Of a stretch of DNA of 64,000 bases, positions 57,867-64,000 are shown one piece after another (within the stretch, counting starts at the first letter, position 1; every line of letters starts with the position of its first letter). The stretch lies in assembly GCA_963677485.1 (NCBI GenBank), contig OY781964.1:2464001-2528000 (forward strand), in the 5' to 3' direction. The translations under genes were made by a program, and so were the position numbers. A model generated the notes under the pieces. That model did no database searches, was not told where the DNA came from, and saw only the letters and a program-made list of their open reading frames with translations. Origin of the DNA: Armatimonadota bacterium (GTDB lineage: Bacteria > Armatimonadota > HRBIN16).

Positions 57867-60227
57867 GTGTATGGCGTCGACCAATCCAGGTTCAAACCCA
57901 TTGCGCGCTGGATAGATAGGCGTGTCTACTCTGGTGAGTGTCATATCGAAAACCTGAATTTTGAAAAACTGGACTGGTTGATGAGCTGGCTCAGAACGGG
58001 CAAAAGTCTGGTGGTTCATGACCTGGCTGAGTTGCCTATTGAGGCGGCTGCGGAATTGTCTGTGCTGCGCAGGTATGATGTGCAGGCAATCATCATCTGT
58101 CCTGTCTTGCAGCAAAACACCATCGTAGGCATGGTATATGTGGGCAGCCGTCGGCCGCGTCCAACCTGGGGCGAAAGCGAAGCCGCGTTGCTGCGGTTGT
58201 ATGGCGAGACGTTGATGCTGGGTTACGAACGCAGCCTGGCTCAGATGGAAGTGGTAAGAAGCGAAGCGCGGTTCCGCACGCTGTTCGAGCGTTCGGCCAT
58301 GGGCATTGCATTGACTGACATTGAATGGCGGTTTATCAGTGCCAATAATGCATTAGCTCAACTGCTGGGATACACCGAATCCGAACTATGCGATTTGACG
58401 ATGGAGAACATCACGCATCTTGATGATATAGATTCTGATGCGAACCATATCGACACACTCTTGAGCGGCCGAATGTCAGAATGCCGTATGCAGAGGCGTC
58501 TCATCCGCAAGGATGGCCAGATCATATGGGTCAGCATGATTGTGTTCATCCTGAACTCAAGCGATGAAGGCACGATACTGGTCAGCACCATCGAAGACAT
58601 CACCTCAGAAAAGCGGGCTCAAGAGGACCTTCAAAACGAACGCGAGATGCTGGAGCTGCGTGTTCAGGAGCGAACAGCTCAGATTACCGCCACGAACCAG
58701 GAACTGGCTCGGGCGAACCGCATGAAGGACGAGTTCCTGGCTAACATGAGCCATGAGCTACGCACGCCCCTCAACGCCATCATCGGTATTTCCGAGGCGA
58801 TGGATGAGGGCGTGTTTGGTCAGGTTGGCGACATGCAGCGTGATGCATTGGGCCGCGTTCATGACAGCGGACATCACCTGTTGAGTTTGATCAATGACAT
58901 TCTTGACCTTAGCAAGATCGAAGCCGGTAAGGTAGCACCAAACTACGAAGTGGTGGACCTGAATCTGTTATGCTCGGACTGCATGCGTATGGTGAAGGAC
59001 ATTGCCCACAAGAAGCATCTTGATCTGGTGGTGAATATCCCAACCGACATGGCCCCCATGGTTGCGGACGGGCGCAGGTTGAAGCAGATACTGGTGAATT
59101 TGATCTCTAATGCGGTCAAGTTCACTCCTGACCACGGAAGGGTTGAGCTGCACGTGGAGCAAGGCCACGATGGCATGGTGGTGTTCAAAGTCACGGATAC
59201 CGGTATAGGCATATCAGACACAAACCTGGCCAGGCTATTCCAGCCCTTCCACCAGGTTGACAGCGGCTTGAACCGCAAGTTTGAGGGCACCGGCCTTGGG
59301 CTGGCTCTGGTAAAAAAACTGGCGGAGTTGCATAACGGCACCGTCAGTGCGCAGAGTATGGTTGGAAAAGGCAGCAGTTTTATCGTGCGAATACCATATC
59401 GGCCCGCGCCTGAGGCCCTCAGCGTGAATAATAGCTGTCGGGTCAATCTGCGTCGAGCGTTGGTGGTCGCATCCGGTGATATGGAGCGGCTCAGTATCGA
59501 GGTGGCATTGCAAAAGCAAGGGGTTGAGGTGCAGACGGTCTGCAGCACCCTTCAAGCCCCTGAAGAAATCCGCAGGTTCAAACCAGAATTAGTGGTGATG
59601 CATCTGGATATGGAAGACGGCGCAGGATGGCATCTGTTAGATCGGTTGAAGGGTGCTGTGAGCGACGGCGAGTATGCATTGGTGGCCATCACCGATCAGG
59701 ATCTGCGTCAGGAGGCAATAGCCTGTGGGGCGAGTGCGAGCCTGACGTATCCACTAGACGCCGAGAGCGTGCAGATATGCATCGACCGGTTCGCAAAAGA
59801 TGGCTTGGAAGGGCCCTCGAAGGACATGCCGGATCGCGGCTCAGAAAAGTCGGAGCATCACAGGCAGCGGATGGTGCTTCTTGCCGAGGACAATGAGATT
59901 AGCGCCGAACTATTCACCACGTACCTTAGCAACAAGGGGTATCAGGTGAGTTTGGCTTCAAATGGCCGCGAGGCGTTTGACTTAGCTGTGAGCCTGCATC
60001 CTGACATTATTTTGATGGATGTGCAGATGCCCGAGGTGAACGGTATCGAAGCCACACGGATGATCCGCGAAATCCCGGAGTTGAAGAACACCCCGCTGGT
60101 GATGCTGACGGCCTTGGCGATGCAGGGCGACCGCGAACGGTGCTTAGAATCGGGTGCTGATGACTACCTGAGCAAACCGGTGCGGCTGGCCCAGCTTCTA
60201 GGCACTATTACCAAATTCATCGGGTAA
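57867..60227 (+). CDS. GAF-PAS-HisKA-HATPase-REC-REC; C-terminal part of a split hybrid kinase
   Basis: FLANMSHELRTPLN, NAVKFT, GTGLGL, MDVQMP; same frame as the upstream ORF. Confidence 0.8.
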   Translation: MYGVDQSRFKPIARWIDRRVYSGECHIENLNFEKLDWLMSWLRTGKSLVVHDLAELPIEAAAELSVLRRYDVQAIIICPVLQQNTIVGMVYVGSRRPRPTWGESEAALLRLYGETLMLGYERSLAQMEVVRSEARFRTLFERSAMGIALTDIEWRFISANNALAQLLGYTESELCDLTMENITHLDDIDSDANHIDTLLSGRMSECRMQRRLIRKDGQIIWVSMIVFILNSSDEGTILVSTIEDITSEKRAQEDLQNEREMLELRVQERTAQITATNQELARANRMKDEFLANMSHELRTPLNAIIGISEAMDEGVFGQVGDMQRDALGRVHDSGHHLLSLINDILDLSKIEAGKVAPNYEVVDLNLLCSDCMRMVKDIAHKKHLDLVVNIPTDMAPMVADGRRLKQILVNLISNAVKFTPDHGRVELHVEQGHDGMVVFKVTDTGIGISDTNLARLFQPFHQVDSGLNRKFEGTGLGLALVKKLAELHNGTVSAQSMVGKGSSFIVRIPYRPAPEALSVNNSCRVNLRRALVVASGDMERLSIEVALQKQGVEVQTVCSTLQAPEEIRRFKPELVVMHLDMEDGAGWHLLDRLKGAVSDGEYALVAITDQDLRQEAIACGASASLTYPLDAESVQICIDRFAKDGLEGPSKDMPDRGSEKSEHHRQRMVLLAEDNEISAELFTTYLSNKGYQVSLASNGREAFDLAVSLHPDIILMDVQMPEVNGIEATRMIREIPELKNTPLVMLTALAMQGDRERCLESGADDYLSKPVRLAQLLGTITKFIG

Positions 60228-60234
60228 CGCTAAC

Positions 60235-60273
60235 AAACAGCCTGGGCGAACGTCGTTCGCCCAGGCTGTTTTT
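60235..60273 (+). terminator. Intrinsic terminator
   Basis: AAACAGCCTGGGCGAAC-gtc-GTTCGCCCAGGCTGTTTTT. Confidence 0.9.
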
Positions 60274-60557
60274 GCAGTCTACTAACCATATATGAACAAC
60301 GGGTATACTGCCTCCGATTCCGCGACATAAATGTCTCGGCTATTGACCACTAAGACTGCTGAAGCAGTCTGGGTGCAGCCATCGGCCGCACATTCCAGGG
60401 TGAAGTCCCGCAGCCTGCTTCAGAAGGCTTGGCAGGTCAATAGCCATGTGCTTTAGCGCGTGGTATGGTGGAACGCGTTAATTTACCAGCACGAACCCCC
60501 ATCTGTATTTGTGTGCAGTTGACTGGGCTTGCTGGGGAGCAGCTAGGACGGCTCCTT

Positions 60558-60625
60558 GCCTCCTGCTCTCCTAACTTCTCCCCTCCTGACTTCTCGCCTC
60601 CTAACTTCTCACCTCCAATCTCCTC
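60558..60625. repeat. Pyrimidine-rich ~15 bp tandem repeat
   Basis: ctcctaacttctc / ctcctgacttctc / ctcctaacttctc units. Confidence 0.7.
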
Positions 60626-60631
60626 CCCCCG

Positions 60632-62854
60632 CTACTTCATCCCGTCAGCTATCGCCTGCAACACGGCGTTCTTGTGCTTTTCGTAATCGGGGCCGGGTTC
60701 TGGCCGGCAGACTGACACCACCAGGTTGTTCACCGGATCCACGCGTAGAATGGCCCCGGTAGCGGCTCCGTGCGCGATGGTTTGCTTACTTAGGATGGGC
60801 AGTTTGTCGCCTTTTGCGTCGGTCTTCGCATTTTCGGGGATGTCCAGCATGTAGGTAAAGCCCACACCATACACCCAGTTCGGGTCATTCAGCTCAGGCT
60901 CGATGTCCTTCACCTTGATCGGCATTAGCTTAACAAAGGTTTCGGGGCTCATGAACCTCATGTGGCCATAACTGCCCTTGTTCATCACCATCTGCCCAAT
61001 GCGCGCAAGCTCCATAGAGCTGCAGTTGATGCCGTAACCGAGGTCCTCGACGGTGACATTCTCATGGCCCATCGGTCCGAATAGATACTCATGGAACAGC
61101 CGGAAGATGCTCTTCTGGCCCACCACCTCCATCAGCTTGCCAGCGAGGTCAAAGCCCATGCCATTGTAGATGGCGACTTTTCCCGGCTTCAGGTTGCTGA
61201 GTCCGTTGCGGATGGAGTTGTCCAACCAGGGGTTGTTCATACCGCCCCAATCGCCGTGCCCTTCCAGACCGGTGGTGTGGTTGGTACACATGCGCAGGGT
61301 GATGCGCTTGTCGCCCTCTGTGGGGAAGTCTGGCAGATATTTTCCGATGGGGTCATCCAGGCTCAGCAGCCCCTGATCAAGGAACATGCCCAGCAACAGC
61401 CCCGCATGCATCTTAGTGAGTGATGCCAGCGGAAGCTTGGCCTCCATATCCAACGGCTTGCCTTTTGGATCGGTGCCGAATGGCTCCGCATAGAACACCT
61501 TGTTGTCACGCGCGACCACCACGGTAAATGGGACTTTAGTGGCATCCCACCACTGCTGGCAGGCGGCGCGGATTGCTGGTATGCACTCTGGGGCCATGCG
61601 AGCCGATTCGGGAGTGCCCATCTCCAGCTCAGGCGCGGGTACAGCCAACTCCGCTGGCTTTCTAAGTTCAGCATATTTACCCACACGACCCAGAATTTTC
61701 AACTTCATGGCCAGTTGCTTGTCCTGGTGCATGGTGACAGGCCACTCCAGTTGCCCCACAGGATCGGTGCCAGGTTGCGCTTCCATCAACCCAGCGATTG
61801 TGATTCCACCCATCTGCTTGAAGAAGACATCCTCAGCCACCTGCTGACCGAAGGTGGTGTTGATGGTCGATTGATACCGACTCCACACGCCCTCTGGCAG
61901 CTTCAGGTTGTTGAGCGGAGGTGCTTCAACTTTATAGGGCTCTGGACCCATCCATGGGTGCCAGCCTGGGTCTACACATACCGCGGTGCAGCTCCGACGC
62001 AACAGAGAGCCATCGGGCAGCTTCGCTTCCAGATAGGCCATGTAACGTCCCGCTTCGCTGGGCTTGGTGACCTCTTCCATTTTCGTGTTGAACCAGCGTA
62101 CCGGGTGTGTTTCGATCTTGCCATAAACCGTCTGCAGCAGCTCCGGTTTTTCCCAGTTCACATACGGAAAGCCGGTTTTATCGAACACACTGGGTTCGCA
62201 GGTCAGTTGCATCCCCATCACGGACTTCAGTGTTTGGACCTTTTGGGCCTCTTTGTCTAATATATCGATCTGCTTTTGCGTCACCTTACGAAGGCTCAAA
62301 GCCCATGGCCCTGTGCTTTGGTCCACTTTGACCATCAGGTTGTTCAGACCAGGCTTGAGTTTCAAGCTTAGCCGTTCCTCCTGGGGATTCAACGGACGTC
62401 CCTCACCCTTCCAGGTCTCCGATACCAAGTCGCCGTTCAGCCAGACCTTCGCCCAGTCGTCTGAGCCGAAGAAGCAGAGCAGCTCCTTCGATTGCGGGCT
62501 GTCGATCTGCACAAAGGCGTAAGCCGTGGATTTAGACTGTTCTCCGAAGAGCTTGGCCAGGTCCAGCACGCCCTCTGAACTCGCTTTCACGCGCCGGCAA
62601 CTGAGTTCGCCGATTTTCTGGCCAGGTGCGAGCTTCACCTGAGCCTCGCCGCCGATGGAGCTGAGGTAATCCGTATTGAAGCCGCTGCGGGTGGCCCCGT
62701 TGGCTTCTGGTTTTACTAGCGTCGAACCGGCAAACGGCCCGACCACCACCCACTCTTTCACCGCGCCTGATTGGGTGCTGGTGATGACGGAGGGAGCGGC
62801 ACTAAGGGCAGAGGCGGCCATGCATACCATCGTGCCAAGAAGTAGTTTTTTCAC
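60632..62854 (-). CDS. Secreted serine hydrolase (beta-lactamase/class C fold) with N-terminal PA14-like beta domain
   Basis: Signal peptide; WVVVGPF and GSDDWAKVWLNG; SLTK (SxxK), IYNG, HGAATG. Confidence 0.85.
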   Translation of the reverse strand: MKKLLLGTMVCMAASALSAAPSVITSTQSGAVKEWVVVGPFAGSTLVKPEANGATRSGFNTDYLSSIGGEAQVKLAPGQKIGELSCRRVKASSEGVLDLAKLFGEQSKSTAYAFVQIDSPQSKELLCFFGSDDWAKVWLNGDLVSETWKGEGRPLNPQEERLSLKLKPGLNNLMVKVDQSTGPWALSLRKVTQKQIDILDKEAQKVQTLKSVMGMQLTCEPSVFDKTGFPYVNWEKPELLQTVYGKIETHPVRWFNTKMEEVTKPSEAGRYMAYLEAKLPDGSLLRRSCTAVCVDPGWHPWMGPEPYKVEAPPLNNLKLPEGVWSRYQSTINTTFGQQVAEDVFFKQMGGITIAGLMEAQPGTDPVGQLEWPVTMHQDKQLAMKLKILGRVGKYAELRKPAELAVPAPELEMGTPESARMAPECIPAIRAACQQWWDATKVPFTVVVARDNKVFYAEPFGTDPKGKPLDMEAKLPLASLTKMHAGLLLGMFLDQGLLSLDDPIGKYLPDFPTEGDKRITLRMCTNHTTGLEGHGDWGGMNNPWLDNSIRNGLSNLKPGKVAIYNGMGFDLAGKLMEVVGQKSIFRLFHEYLFGPMGHENVTVEDLGYGINCSSMELARIGQMVMNKGSYGHMRFMSPETFVKLMPIKVKDIEPELNDPNWVYGVGFTYMLDIPENAKTDAKGDKLPILSKQTIAHGAATGAILRVDPVNNLVVSVCRPEPGPDYEKHKNAVLQAIADGMK

Positions 62855-63124
62855 GAGTTACGATCCCTTCCGGGGAAACCCCGATATTCACTCATTAGGT
62901 GTATATAATTCGAGTGTAATATGTATGCTATCACAGCTATTGGATCAATGCAAACAGCAACCATTACACCGGACACAGCTCATTATATCGGTGCCATGTA
63001 CGATATGGCAATGCTGGTTATTTCGACCAGCCGAGTGTCGTAGATCAAGCAAAACATCGCCTATTCGCAGTATCATGCAAGAAGATATCTCGAAATATTC
63101 CACAACGTGTATGAGGAGACAATC

Positions 63125-64000
63125 ATGGACTTATGGGTGCTGGCCGGACAATCGAACATGGTGGGAGCCGCGGCGATGCGCGGTGCGGGAAAACCAGACA
63201 GCCGCATCAAGCTGTTCAACCTGGACAACAAGTGGATACCTGCGCAGGAGCCCATCCACCGGCTGTTCGAGGCCGAGGCGCCGGTCTACCGAGACCTGTT
63301 TTTGAACAAGAACGTCGGTGTGACACCTGAACAGTTCGATCAGTATCGGGCCATGAGCCTAAAAACACCTCTGGGCACGGTGGGTCCTGGACTGTTCTTC
63401 GCCAAGTACCTCGCGAAATACATACCGGATCAGATCGGCTTGGTACCATGCGCCTACGGAGCTACCAGTATGGCCGACTGGAGCCCCGACACGAAAGCCA
63501 AAGGCGGGCACTCGCTTTACGCCACGATGATTGAACGCATGAAGCTGGCGGGAGGCAATATCAAAGGCGTGCTGTGGTATCAAGGCGAAAGCGATGCCAT
63601 GGCGGATGTCACCGCTCAGAATTACGAGCCCACCTTCATGAAATTCATGGAGGCGGTACGCAAAGATTCCGGTCAGCCAGATCTGCCCTTCCTGACCGTA
63701 CAGATCAGCCGCTTCGCTCTGGATTACAGCCTGCAGGCGGTCGGCTGGGAGCAGGTTCGTGAGGCTCAACGGCAGGCGTGCCGTCACGCGAAGAACCTGC
63801 TGATGACCAGTGCGATCGACCTGGAGCTGGGCGATGCCATCCACATCTCGTACGAATCGCAGCAGCAGCTTGGCAAACGGTTTGGTGAAATCGCGTTGTC
63901 CAAAGTGTATGGCAAGCATGGCCATGGCACCCCCATTGACCTCAAGGGCGTGGAGCGGATGGAGCCGGTCGGCGGGATGCAGAGACTGCGGGTTCGCTTT
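63125..64000 (+). CDS. Sialate O-acetylesterase (SASA/CE6-like SGNH hydrolase), runs off the window end
   Basis: Not in the ORF track; reads MDLWVLAGQSNM...GVLWYQGESD...DAIH; GAGGAG RBS. Confidence 0.9.
   Translation, partial: MDLWVLAGQSNMVGAAAMRGAGKPDSRIKLFNLDNKWIPAQEPIHRLFEAEAPVYRDLFLNKNVGVTPEQFDQYRAMSLKTPLGTVGPGLFFAKYLAKYIPDQIGLVPCAYGATSMADWSPDTKAKGGHSLYATMIERMKLAGGNIKGVLWYQGESDAMADVTAQNYEPTFMKFMEAVRKDSGQPDLPFLTVQISRFALDYSLQAVGWEQVREAQRQACRHAKNLLMTSAIDLELGDAIHISYESQQQLGKRFGEIALSKVYGKHGHGTPIDLKGVERMEPVGGMQRLRVRF

Noticed and set aside
60632-62854. Antibiotic resistance beta-lactamase
   Set aside because: Only the fold motifs are present; it lacks a KTG triad and has extra domains, as in esterase-like serine hydrolases.
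63359-63925. 188 aa minus-strand ORF
   Set aside because: Shadow of the plus-strand SASA esterase that runs off the window.

Overview
Bacterial chromosomal window of roughly 55-60% GC by eye, from a polysaccharide-degrading organism. The gene content (many secreted GHs, a sulfatase, three URO-D-like paralogs, GntR/LacI regulators) suggests Armatimonadota or a similar lineage, but this is inference only. Core genes are folP, priA, an MscS channel and a YhaO/YhaN-like (Mre11/Rad50-type) pair. Carbohydrate genes are GH95, GH63-like, GH42-like, GH99/WbsX-like, a GH110-like beta-helix protein, DUF5696-like, a partial SASA esterase, and a GH106 rhamnosidase broken by two in-frame TAGs. There are two hybrid sensor kinases, one split by an in-frame TAA. 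No rRNA, tRNA or CRISPR array was seen. Best leads: (1) a ~1.65 kb element at ~43494-45143 with no terminal inverted repeats, which appears to split a small membrane-protein gene, carries a subterminal hairpin, and encodes a ~510 aa protein with Rep_trans-like (rolling-circle Tyr) motifs plus a winged HTH; (2) a modular intergenic repeat family built on a C-R-C-R-R-A-K core, including nested inverted repeats; (3) a DUF3800/RNase H-like plus helical-repeat protein, a candidate defence nuclease; (4) long tandem palindromic arrays (4x164 bp, 3x~214 bp); (5) a structured leader upstream of folP.
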